DNA of 64,000 nucleotides from contig OX597830.1 in assembly GCA_951406725.2 (NCBI GenBank), positions 60,946,001 to 61,010,000 on the forward strand. Reading direction: 5' to 3'. The translations under genes were made by a program, and so were the position numbers. Shown here one piece after another: positions 13,327 to 26,519 of the stretch. The stretch's first letter is position 1. The number at the start of each line of letters is the position of its first letter. The notes under the pieces were generated by a model. It ran no database searches. It was given only the letters and a program-made list of their open reading frames with translations, and was not told the DNA's origin. This DNA is from Octopus vulgaris (lineage: Eukaryota).

Positions 13327-13622
13327 GCGTTGTTGTCGCTGTTTCAGCCCGAAGGCTGCGGCCATGCTGGGGCACCACCGTTGAATGAGCTACACTAGTC
13401 TGTGAAACCACCTCTGATACGTGGCACTTGATCAACAAGGGAGTTCGATGCCGCTGCCCGCATCTGTGTTTCCTGCCGAGAGGTAGGTTCATCTGGGACC
13501 CCCGACAAGAAGAGATCCAGTTTAGTTTTAAAGAAACCCACATCCACACCATGCAGAGGTCTCTCAGGCATTTAGGAAGGATATTGAAGAGCTGTGGTCC
13601 TCTGAAGCCCAGGCTGTTGCAA
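13327..13622 (-). mobile_element. CR1/L2-group LINE, 5'-truncated 3' end
   Basis: Minus strand CNSLGFRGPQLFNILPKCLRD..FFKTKLDLFLSGVPDEP..RAAASNSLVDQ (one frameshift), then a 3' UTR stem-loop and (AAC)n. Confidence 0.8.
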
Positions 13623-14051
13623 GGAAATAATAGGAAAAAAGGCAGTAGTGTGGATTTGATAAGGGTGGGTCTTAACTTGCCACAAATGGTCCACAGACTT
13701 TACTTTAAGAACCATTCTCTCTCTGGCACATGTAACATGAGACAAGCTGTGTCAATTGTTGAAACTGTACCGGAATCCCACTGAAACAGCTTTTACCTCG
13801 AGTGTCACCGTCTTAGCGAATATGCTTGGCGGCGACCTCCTCTGGCGGTTCAAGTGTTATTTACACAAATCATTGATATTTGCTTTTTCATCCGCATGCT
13901 GTGTCGTTGAAATTTTGAAGAGGAATCGGTCGCATCCAGTCTGGGTCTTCTTTTTTCCACTTTATTGACATGGGTGGCCCCCAACAGCATCGCTCTCATT
14001 GTCATTGGACAACACAAACTCTATATCTCAAGGAACGACAATCAGTACTGC

Positions 14052-14194
<143 letters not shown>

Positions 14195-14373
14195 AGTGTA
14201 TATATATATATATTAGGCAACTTATCGCTAAAATAAGAGGTGTGTGTTCGATTCCTACGTGTATTAACATCCATTTTTGTCGTGGTGGGTCTATATTCCC
14301 CATTATTAGACTATTTTCTATATATACAGTGGATGCGTATAATTGCATTTACAACATGTTTATATGTATGTGT

Positions 14374-14415
<42 letters not shown>

Positions 14416-14420
14416 TATAT

Positions 14421-14508
<88 letters not shown>

Positions 14509-14703
14509 TTATATATATATGTAACATAATATGTATCATTTGTTCGGTTGCCATAATAAGACTCCGAGTTTCGGATGTCGGGGCGGAAACCGAATAATTG
14601 TCACATATTATATTACAGATGAATTTCTCTATTTACATAATATCGAGATCACTTTCATTCTGTTGTTGTCTTACCATTACTATTAGCATATATGTATATA
14701 TAT

Positions 14704-14950
14704 AGATGGGCTGGACACGTCGCCCGGCTCACCGATAATCGGTGGACGCACGCAGTTGTCGAGTAGTACCCGCGTGAGCGGAAAAGACCACCCGGAAGAC
14801 CTCCACGACGGTGGAGTGACGATTTCAAGAGGACGATTGGGATCATGTGGATGAGAAAGGCGCGATCCAGAGAGGAGTGGACAGCGTGCTGTGACCAGCT
14901 GTGTCAAATGGACGCCCGACGGACTGGTCGGTCAAGGTGATCAAGGTGAT
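14704..14950 (+). mobile_element. RTE-clade LINE 3' end
   Basis: RWAGHVARLTDNRWTHAVVE*YPRERKRPPGRPPRRWSDD, ending in tandem TCAAGGTGA tail repeats. Inserted in (TA)n. Confidence 0.85.
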
Positions 14951-14951
14951 G

Positions 14952-14991
<40 letters not shown>

Positions 14992-15383
14992 TGCATATAT
15001 ATATATATTTCCAAGGAATCTTATGCTCTTAGCTTAGTTTTTCTTTGGGACTGGCCAGACTGGAGCAATGTCGAGTATAACTAGCCGAAATTGCAAAGAT
15101 AATCCGGAACTCGACTGAGGATAGAAAACTCTGAATGACACGTCCTTGCTTTCTTTGTATCGTCTGTCTGGATGTTTTGTTGTCCCTTTTTTGTATCACC
15201 TAACTGCCTGAATGTTTTGCGTTCTTGTCCCATTTTTGTATATATATATATGTAGGTCCCGGGTTGAGTCGGGGTTAACCACAGTAAATAAGGTACTCAA
15301 TACATAGCAGAGTAAATTAGCTCCTTCTATAAAGCTCCTCCTATTAGCTCCTTCTATAGAAGCTCCTTCTATAAAATAAATAA

Positions 15384-16993
<1,610 letters not shown>

Positions 16994-17191
16994 AAAAGGA
17001 GATGTGGAACACGAGTTGTGATATATAAAAAAGGAAATGAAGAAAATGCTGACAAAATAATTTAAGTAATTTAAGTAATTTAATTAGGTGAAAGTTCTTT
17101 TTACCGGTTGCGCATTTGTTATGCTTATCAAAAGAAATTTTTTTTTAAGAGAGATAGAGTTCCTTTCTGATAGATTTTTTCCTCTTATCTG

Positions 17192-17286
<95 letters not shown>

Positions 17287-17550
17287 TTTTGTGTATGTTG
17301 ATATATATATGTGGATTTTAATATAAATATGTATTGCAGTATTTATAACAGGTTTAATTTCTATGCATTAATTTGTACTGTCTTCATTAACGGCAATAGG
17401 TTTTTTCCTCGGTTTTTTCCTCGGATTTTATAATTTTATAAGTTTTTTATATATATATATACATATATTTTTGACCTTTTTGTTTATCGCTCGAAGATTG
17501 ACCGTTTTTTCTAAAGGGCCAATCAAACAAGTCCATTTCTTTTTAAAGGT

Positions 17551-17583
<33 letters not shown>

Positions 17584-17603
17584 TCCTGCTTAAAATAAAG
17601 TAT

Positions 17604-17649
<46 letters not shown>

Positions 17650-17651
<2 letters not shown>

Positions 17652-17822
17652 TGCGGCTGTGTGGTGAGAAGCTTGTTTCCCAATCACATGGTTCCAGGTT
17701 CAGTTCCCCCGCGCGGCACAGACCCATAGAATAAATACAAGGTTAAAAAAATATGAAAATAAGTCAAGACGGTGCCTTAGCATGGCCGCAGTGAAATGAC
17801 TGTGACAAGTAAAACATGAAAA
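17650..17822 (+). mobile_element. SINE family A, internally deleted
   Basis: tRNA head joined almost directly to the AGCATGGCCGCAG tail. Confidence 0.7.
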
Positions 17823-17955
17823 AAAAGATAATAGGTACAAGCATGCTTACATATATATTCATGTGTGTGCGCACGTGCGTCAAGTGCAATATATTGAGCA
17901 CTAAAGCTATCTTTGGACTGGTTTGCGATTCAAAAATATTAACCTCAAATTTGTT

Positions 17956-18362
17956 GGATCTTTTCGGTTTGAACGGCGGTTTTTAACATAATTTCTAGGT
18001 AACTAAAAAACTTTAAACTTCGTATACTGGTAGAATGTGTTTATAAAACATCTTTTTCTCTTGGCTTTATTGAGAAAATTCTATAGTTTGTAAGATATTT
18101 GTTGTTTTTTTTTCTTCAATTTCTGCAATTTCAACCAATCAATAACGCCTATTGAGGTGAAAACATTCTGTGCCGTATGAATATGTCCCTCGTTTAAGAA
18201 ACAGATTGGGTTTATTTACATTTGTGAAGAAAAAAATACCCTTCCCCCACCTCTAACCCTAAAAGAGATTGAAATGCAATAGATCGATACTAGGGTCATA
18301 ATTATGGGTGACAATTTCACATGACACCGCTAGAAAAACTGCCGTTCAAACCGAAAAGATCC
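17956..18362 (-). mobile_element. Merlin-like MITE, copy 1
   Basis: TIR GGATCTTTTCGGTTTGAACGGC; 8-bp TSD AATTTGTT (17948-17955, 18363-18370). Orientation is given relative to copies 2 and 3. Confidence 0.85.
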
Positions 18363-18867
18363 AATTTGTTTATTAATTCGTGAAGTTAAATCTGATGGAA
18401 AAGAGTAGATTTAACCTGACTTGCTAATGCTTATAGGATTAACAGATTATCTATGAAATATGCCGGATACTTTTGGACGTTGAAAACATGAAAATTTGAT
18501 AATGGCCACTACAGCAATATAGTGTAGCTTCGTCAAATGGTAGATTGTTTATGTGCTTTGGGTATTTAACCCCTATAGTGGGAGGTGGTGGGGGAGCTGT
18601 ACTGCTTGTGTATGTAAGAAAGTTTCTTGCCAGGCTTATGGTAAGTTTTATGGGTGAGAGTTTAGATCTAGGGAAACATTTTAAAAAATCGATTCCAGGC
18701 GTGTTATTAAAACCTGCCTAGAAAATATCTCCAATGTTTGATACTATTAGTAGCTCATAACTATATACTGTGTACTTTAAACAATATTCATCTTTCACCG
18801 AAAGGAGTAAATTTTTTGATGATCTTATCTTAACGGAAAAGTAAACTATACATACATACATACATAC

Positions 18868-18928
<61 letters not shown>

Positions 18929-18931
<3 letters not shown>

Positions 18932-19114
18932 AGAATTTACGGAAGAAACAAATGACGAAGACAGGTGGTGTACAAAACAAACAGATGTATTTGTATAACG
19001 CTCAGGAATAGAAAAAGTCTTTTACGTTTCGAGCCTACGCTCTTCTACAGAAAAGGACACAGAAAAAACAAGAAGAGAAACAAGGAGAAAAAAAATGTGT
19101 GTAGTGGCTAATGA
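18929..19114 (-). mobile_element. Microsatellite-embedded mini-element with hammerhead-like core
   Basis: Homologous in inverted orientation to 40421-40598. Minus strand reads TAGAAGAGC-GTAG-GCTC-GAAACGTA. Confidence 0.65.
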
Positions 19115-19144
19115 TATATATATATATACACGCACGCACACACG

Positions 19145-19182
<38 letters not shown>

Positions 19183-19267
19183 GAGTGGCCCAATAATCAT
19201 AAGCGTGTTAATAATCTATTTATTCTGTTTTAAATTTACGGTAACTTAGCACCACATACAGTGTGTG

Positions 19268-19312
<45 letters not shown>

Positions 19313-19455
19313 ATACAGGAAGTATATGTATATTAGGAGTGAAGAGTTACAGCTTGTGAATTACAAATTGAAAAATGTAATAAAAACTCATTTATTAAAC
19401 TTTTAGACCCCCTCAGTGACGTTTGGGTCAGCCTGTACACACATAGACGCAGGCT

Positions 19456-19506
<51 letters not shown>

Positions 19507-19539
19507 ACACACACTTATTTTCTCGCTCTTCTTCCTAAT

Positions 19540-19808
19540 CTCATCGTCCTCGCTTGACGTCAATAGTATTCTGTTTGTGTCCATCTTCCAAAGCGGGAGT
19601 CGCCCATTTTCGACGCGGTGCCGTTGCCACAATTTCATGTTGCATTGGCCTTTCTCCATGTACTGAGGCATTTTCGTTCGCTTTTCTTCCTCACCTAGGG
19701 AAATGGTGTAAGGATCGGAATACCATCAATACACAAACGAGCACGAAAACGTTGATAGGACTCTGAGAAAAATTCTCTCTTGCTCCTTAAGTATTGCAGA
19801 TGGTGAGT
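19540..19808 (+). promoter_or_regulatory. Candidate promoter/first exon ending ATG|GTGAGT
   Basis: CpG-rich unique island with a palindromic CRE TTGACGTCAA at 19554-19563. ATG at 19800-19802 is followed immediately by a consensus donor, with an in-frame stop upstream. Confidence 0.3.
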
Positions 19809-20035
19809 ACGTTACTGCTTTGCGTGTAACGAATTAGGTAGCCTCGGGTTTTTCAGGATCATCCCGAACGGGGTAGAAAAGATTTTACCCCAAATCTATG
19901 TTAGGAAGGACTTGAGGGACTACATATTAAATCATTAAAGAATGTAGTTGTGTAAGGCCGGAACAATGTGAGAAGGTACCATGTAAACAGAACGAAGTTG
20001 CAGTTGTATTTCTATATTTAAGAAAAGCTCTAACT

Positions 20036-20454
20036 GGATCTTTTCGGTTTGAACGGCAGTTTTTTCTAGCGGTGTCATATGAAATTGTCACCCATAATTA
20101 TGACCCTAGTATCGATCTATTGCATTTCAATCTGTTTTGGGGTTAGGGTTAGGGTTAGGGGTGGGGGAAGGATATCTTTTTTTCTTCACAAATGTAAATA
20201 AACCCAATCTGTTTCTTAAACGAGGGACATATTCATACGGCACAAAATGTTTTTTACCTCAATACACGTCACTGATTGGTTGAAATTGCAGAAATTGAAG
20301 AAAAATAACAAATATCTTACAAACTATAGAATTTTCTCAATAAAGCCAAGAGAAAAAGATGTTTTATGAACACATTCTACCAGTATACGAAGTTCAAAAT
20401 TTTTTAGTTACCTAGAAATTATGTTAAAAACTGCTGTTCAAACCGAAAAGATCC
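20036..20454 (+). mobile_element. Merlin-like MITE, copy 2
   Basis: Same TIRs and body as copies 1 and 3, with (TTAGGG)3 inside. No matching TSD. Confidence 0.85.
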
Positions 20455-20614
20455 AAAGATGTTGCTCTGCACAAATAACCGTTTCCAGTTACCATTTTGC
20501 AACTACCGAAATATTGAAATACAAGGTAAAAACTGCAATTTTGTTATGTTTTCTTTTCCTTTTCTTGTTTATTTTGTACCTTCTCGTATTGTTCCGGACT
20601 TACACAACTACATT

Positions 20615-20922
20615 GTGTGGAGGCACATGGCCTAGTGGTTAGAGCAGCGGACTCGCGGTCGAGGAATCGCGGGTTCGAATCTCAGACTGGACGATGTGTG
20701 TGTTTATGAGCGAAAACACCTAAGCTCCACGTGGCTCCGGCAGAAGGTAATGGCGAAACTTCTGCTGATTCTTTCGCCACAACTTTCTCTCACTCTTTCC
20801 ACCTGCATCTTGAAGCTCACCTGCGATGGACCGGCGTCCCGTCCAGGTGGGGAACCTATACGCCAAGAAACTGGGAAACCGGCCCTTATGAGCCAGAGAA
20901 GGAACAAAAAAACAAAACAAAA
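20615..20922 (+). mobile_element. SINE family C
   Basis: Box A TGGCCTAGTGG, box B GGTTCGAATC, (AAAC)n tail; 13-bp TSD ACACAACTACATT (20602-20614, 20923-20935). Confidence 0.93.
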
Positions 20923-21345
20923 ACACAACTACATTCTAAAAAATGCTTCACCAAAACTACCTCGTTTTAATATTAAATTATATTGACTGAGAAAGGGGAT
21001 ACGTTCATACTAATGTTGATTTCTTAAACAAGTGAAGGTGAAGCGTAAGAGAAACAAGAACTATATGTGTGAGTACACACACACACACACACACACACTT
21101 ACACATATGTGCACATGTGTGTGTGTACGAGGCATACACACAAAGTACATAAATATGCACATGCACACGAGTGGGGGCAAGAGTAATCGTCGTCAAATGG
21201 CTGCGAAGTTACTGTCAAATTTAGTTTGCAAACCAAGTTCGATCTCTGTTGTACATTTAAGAAAATCCCCATTGAATTGCAGAGAAATCCCGGTGATTAT
21301 GCGACCAATGATAAATTGTAAAAAGCTTCCTCTTACTTTCACCAG

Positions 21346-21405
21346 GTAACGGGACATGAACTGAGCGCACCAAGCTATAAGAATAATTATGTTATCTTTC
21401 TACAG
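21346..21405 (+). other. Candidate 60-nt exon (VTGHELSAPSYKNNYVIFLQ, phase 0)
   Basis: Acceptor CTTCCTCTTACTTTCACCAG and donor CAG|GTAAGC. Only phase 0 is open. No homology recognised. Confidence 0.35.
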
Positions 21406-22079
21406 GTAAGCAAACTGGGTTATCGCCGGGCAGTGGATATGAACCAGCAATCCTTCGACTTGTGCTCCGATATCTATCTAGAAGACTCGGTTTTTAGTTT
21501 TACAGGTTTCGATTTGAATTCATTGCGAAATTTTCTATTTGCTGAGTAAATTATTTTAGGTAATTACGTCACTTCTGTTTGGTTCTTCCAGAGCCTTTGA
21601 AATATCGACTATGGGAGAAAAAATACGAAAAGTCAACATGACATTTTACAATAAATGGAAACTATTTTTTTTTAAAAAGGTAGTAGTGGTGGTGGTGGTA
21701 GGGGTGTGAAAAAAGATATTGGAAACCATTTAAAATAATCTCTTAGAACATTAACCAATCAATCTACCGTTTATTTAATTAGTTAATATTTAATTAATTT
21801 ACTTTAATGCAACGACTTTGATCAAGTTACACGAGAGATTAGCTGTAAATTTCATCTTAGGATTAATAAATTATGGTTAAGAATCCTTTCCAAACAATAA
21901 TAGCAAGAAAAGAATAAGAGAAACTCTCCCCCCCCCCTTCTAGCTATAGTAGTTGCAACACCAAAAGAAGCACCTCACTATAATAACCATAATAAGAATT
22001 GATATGATACCTTATCTCTCCACCACCAACGATATCGCCCTGCCCGGCTTTGTTGCCATTGTCAAAATCAAGAACATCA

Positions 22080-22750
22080 CATTTCATCACTGTCACCACG
22101 ATGCTACCACCAACACCATCAGCACAACCAGCTGCACTGTACCGGCAGCATCAACGCCATCAGCAGCTGCACCATAAATCAGCACCAATATCATCATCAT
22201 CATCATCATCATCATCACCATCAGCAGCAGCAGCAGCAGAGGAAGCAGCAGCATCGCTACCACCACTGCATCCACCATCACCACTGCCGCCACCATCACC
22301 ACCATCACCACCATCGCCACACATGCCATTACTTCCAACTTCAACTCCATCACTGACACGACAATTACTATCGCCAACACCGCCACGACCACCACTTCGA
22401 ACATATAATCAAAGACCTCTGCAACTAGTAGTTACACCTCCCAACATCATGCCATACCAATAATCACATACCCACTTCACCACCAGCACACACCACCACT
22501 ACCACCACCACCACCACCATCACCACCACCACCACCACCACCGGCAGCGCCACCAATACCACCACCACCACCACCACCACCACCACCACCACCACCACAA
22601 CCACCACCACCACCGGCAGCGCCACCGATACCACCAGCACACCCGCCATCAGCATCAGCACCACTAGCACGACCACTATCATCATCATCATCATCATCAC
22701 CGTTCATGTACATCTGCTAATCTCACCATTACTCAACCCACCACTAGCAA
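22080..22750. repeat. Mosaic (CAC/CAT/CAG)n trinucleotide low-complexity region
   Basis: Direct inspection; it yields poly-P/S/V/G ORFs on both strands. Confidence 0.9.
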
Positions 22751-23561
22751 TCAACACATACCAATAAGCTATGTTGCTAGGGAGTCTATTCGCTACAGCT
22801 ACATTGCTGATGCAACAATATCTGCGATTATTTCATTCCATCTTCCACCACTGTTCCGAACAGCCGACCTTCATTCCCTCCACTCCTGTCTCATATTGAT
22901 CCTAGATGCAGACATTACGTCAGTCTGCTAGGTTGCATTTCATGCTCTTTCGCTATTGCAGACTGCTGCACCGTCCTTTGGCCTCTTATATAAAATTCAT
23001 CACTTTACAGAGCTGCTGGTGCAGCATTTTCCATGCAAGTTCGGCTCCTGCTGGCGGCCGAATGCATTTCTTTGAATGCATATATTGGATATATATCCAA
23101 ACAGGTTAAAATTGTTAGGTAAATTTCCTTAATATTTGTTGCATATTATTTCATCCGATATATTGCCTGCAGCACGCCGAGGTTCTGGAATGTTACTGAA
23201 TAGAAAAGTGGGGATTAAGGGCAAATAAATACTGTAAACAGGACGCTTGGAAGATGCGCAGTGTTTAATTAAATGGCTCTGTCAAATTCTTCAAAGTGAG
23301 TGTGTTGCATTTGTTAGTTTGGATTGGGAAGAAAGACGGTTGTTGTATTATGTAAAATCCATTCTCTAAGTACAGTACTGCTATTATGCACAGCGTTAAA
23401 TAATTAAAAAAATTCAATGGAAATTTTGTAACAGTTTTATTTCATGCAGAAAGTGGACATTAACGAAAAAGTTTGCTCATATACTTTCTTATTTGAAGTG
23501 TTTAAAGTTAGTCCAAAGAAGGAACACACGTTAGAAAAGTGAGTTGCTAAAGAATGTTCAT

Positions 23562-23724
23562 AGGCGCAAGAGTGGCAGTGTGGTAAGTAGCTTGCTAACC
23601 AACCTCATGGTTCCGGGTTCAGTCCCACTGCGTGTCATCTTGGGCAAGTGTCTTCTGCTATAGCCCCGGGCCAACCAATGCCTTGTGAGTGGATTTGGTA
23701 GACGGAAACTGAAAGAAGCCTGTC

Positions 23725-23820
<96 letters not shown>

Positions 23821-24021
23821 GTGTCTGTGTTTGTCCCCCTAGCATTGCTTGACAACCGATGCTGGTGTGTTTACGTCCCCGTCACTTAGCGGTTCGGCAA
23901 AAGAGACCGATAGAATAAGTACTGGGCTTACAAAGAATAAGTCCCGGGGTCGAGTTGCTCGACTAAAGGCGGTGCTCCAGCACGGCCGCAGTCAAATGAC
24001 TGAAACAAGTAAAAGAGAAAG
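23562..24021 (+). mobile_element. SINE family A, full length
   Basis: Complete head (TGGCAGTGTGG..GGTTCAGTCC), internal (TA)n(TG)n and tail. Confidence 0.93.
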
Positions 24022-25053
24022 ATCTGCATGTAATATCTGATACAGCGTAAAGAGGGGAAACCAGTCCAGTTATCGAGATGCTGAGAAGAGAGCGCAACAG
24101 AATAGGTAGAGAGCAGCTAAAAGTTTCTTCAGAACATTATATTGTGGTGACGCTTGGAGAGCGAAGGGAGAAAACAGTAGAACAGCGCTTAAAAACTTCC
24201 AGTAAGAAAAAGTTTATCGCTTGGGTAAACGAATTGTCCCGCACATGGTGCGAGACAACATTTTTAGCAATCTTTTTTGATAACATAACCTCTAAGTTAA
24301 AAACAATGTGTTTAGAGGTTAGATACTCTTGCTACTGATAAACATTAATCAGTGAAATGAAAGAGTAACTTAGATGTAATTTGGTTTGGAGCAAGTGTCT
24401 CACAGATCCTGCCGACAGTAATTCTGTCTCAAAACATTATTCAAACCAGCTGATATTTCACACGATTAGTTCTTCCGTTTACTCTGTCACGAAACCGCAT
24501 CGCAATATCATAAAATGTTTAGCTTTCACAGGATTCAGTTTGAAAGTTCCTTTTGGAAGATGCTAGGAAACATAAGGGAGACACAAACCCATATATGAGA
24601 ATATGAGAAGTTCCTCAACTAGGAGGACAAGGTAAGAAGGCAGTTTTCTTTTGTAAATAATGTAATTCTTGGTTTTAAAGAGAAAGCTTAGACATGCTGG
24701 CGTAATTTTAGTAAAGCTAAAAATTGGAGGCATTTAGGAGAGGCCAGATAAACTAACTAGTCGGGTGGCGGAGATACTAGACAAACTGACTAGTAGGGTG
24801 GCGGGGCTAAAATTAATAACTAATCTCACTTAAACCGTACCCTAATATCTTAGAAAAGGATACGCTGTATCATATGGGCCTGTGTTCCATGCATGTAAAT
24901 AAAAGATGGGATGGTCATGGCTGGAATGCCTTTAATAATAGGTATGCTCAGTGAGAACTAATTGAGACAAAACAACAGCAACAACAACTGAGAGGGAAAC
25001 AAGAACGAAGAGATGTGAGAGAGAAGTGAAAGAGAAACAAGTAAGAGAAGAGA

Positions 25054-25094
<41 letters not shown>

Positions 25095-25770
25095 AATGAA
25101 AAAGAAAGAAACTAAATGAATGAAAATAAACGTATGAACATAAAGTGACATACACTGACACAAAGAGTGAGAAAAGAGAGATAGGTAGACGTAAATAGTC
25201 AGACAGACATAATAGATCGATAGATAGTGAGATGAACAAACAGAGAGACGGACTGGCAGGAAGATGGAGAGACTGATAACGAAATAGCGAAAGTGAAAGC
25301 TATAAAGATTGGTGATTACTCACACGAACCCAATGCATACAAATACGTATTGATAGACAGAGATAGGTAGATAAATAGAAAGTATATTTTGAGCTTAGCC
25401 AAAATACCAATAAGCGATAATAAAATCATAGATAATTACCAGCGAATAGATAGGAAGAACCAGAAAGATAGTCGTATGCTAAATAGGCAAACACTACATA
25501 ATCACCCACACACACGCACACACGCGCACGCATGTACACACACACTCTCTCTCTTTTTCACACACACACACGTACACACATACACAAACAAACACACGTA
25601 CACACACACGTATACACAGATATCTCTCAAAATTAAACAGCTACCCGTCATCACACTGTTTTATTTGTGCGGACACCACCTGCTGCTTCCAACTTTTTCA
25701 TGTATTATTATTATCATTTTTTCCTTCATTACGGATTACAACCGTTTATAGCAACGAGTCATGGCGCGAA

Positions 25771-26075
25771 TATCAGAAGCTAAAAAGAGTCGTCTGATTT
25801 TACAAAGCGGACGTTACAGCAGGTCAATCTAGCGTGGGCTTAGCCAGCGCAAGATTACACAAAACCTTGGGATTCCTCTTTGCCACAGTCAACAGAATGA
25901 TTGTGCAATTCACCAGCAAAGGAAAGGAATCAACAGCATCCCGCTCAAGGCCGACCTGGGCCCCTCTCACAGATGTCTTTGGGCTGACAAACAGATTGGT
26001 GAAAGTAATCCCCGTTGTAAGGCAGCTGATGTTGCCGAGCAACTCCAAATGAGTTGGAGTACTTCTGAGAGGTGT
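25771..26075 (+). pseudogene. Decayed Tc1-type transposase N-terminal fragment
   Basis: [32 protein letters not shown](G)RP: an HTH plus GRP-like motif across frameshifts. Confidence 0.5.
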
Positions 26076-26081
26076 CTATTG

Positions 26082-26269
<188 letters not shown>

Positions 26270-26284
26270 GCAATTTTGAGGAAA

Positions 26285-26445
26285 GGAATTTATTCGATAT
26301 CACTGATGCCAGTACTTGACTGATATATTATTTTTATCCACCTTGCCCCCGAAAGAATGAAGAGCAAAGTTGACCTCAGCGGAATTTGAACTCAGAATTT
26401 AAGGAGGCATAACAAATACCGCAAGCCTTAACTATTCTGCCAACT
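26285..26445 (-). mobile_element. SINE family B, decayed
   Basis: CCCCGAAAGAATGAAGAGCAAAGTTGACCTCAGCGGAATTTGAACTCAGAA matches family B. Confidence 0.7.
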
Positions 26446-26519
26446 TAATAAAACTAATATAATGAAAAAAGTGATATGAAGAAGAATCGATCCGATATGA
26501 AAAAAAACAACAACATCAA

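Noticed and set aside
20615-20695. tRNA gene candidates (also 49010-49083, 54809-54882, 61508-61585)
   Set aside because: No proper cloverleaf or acceptor stem, and they are attached to repeat bodies; these are tRNA-derived heads.
22050-22713. Pro/Ser/Ala/Gly-rich ORFs resembling transcription-factor low-complexity regions
   Set aside because: Trinucleotide mosaic open on both strands, with no domain or clear splice sites.
22906-23300. Possible coding exon(s) near ORF 22906-23109 and the GTGAGT donor at 23296
   Set aside because: No recognisable protein, and no acceptor/donor pair I tested gave a convincing open frame continuing the 21346 exon.
24750-24810. Short tandem duplications (also 8583-8618 and the spaced pair at 32672/32838)
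   Set aside because: Two-copy local duplications; not CRISPR-like and no sign of function.
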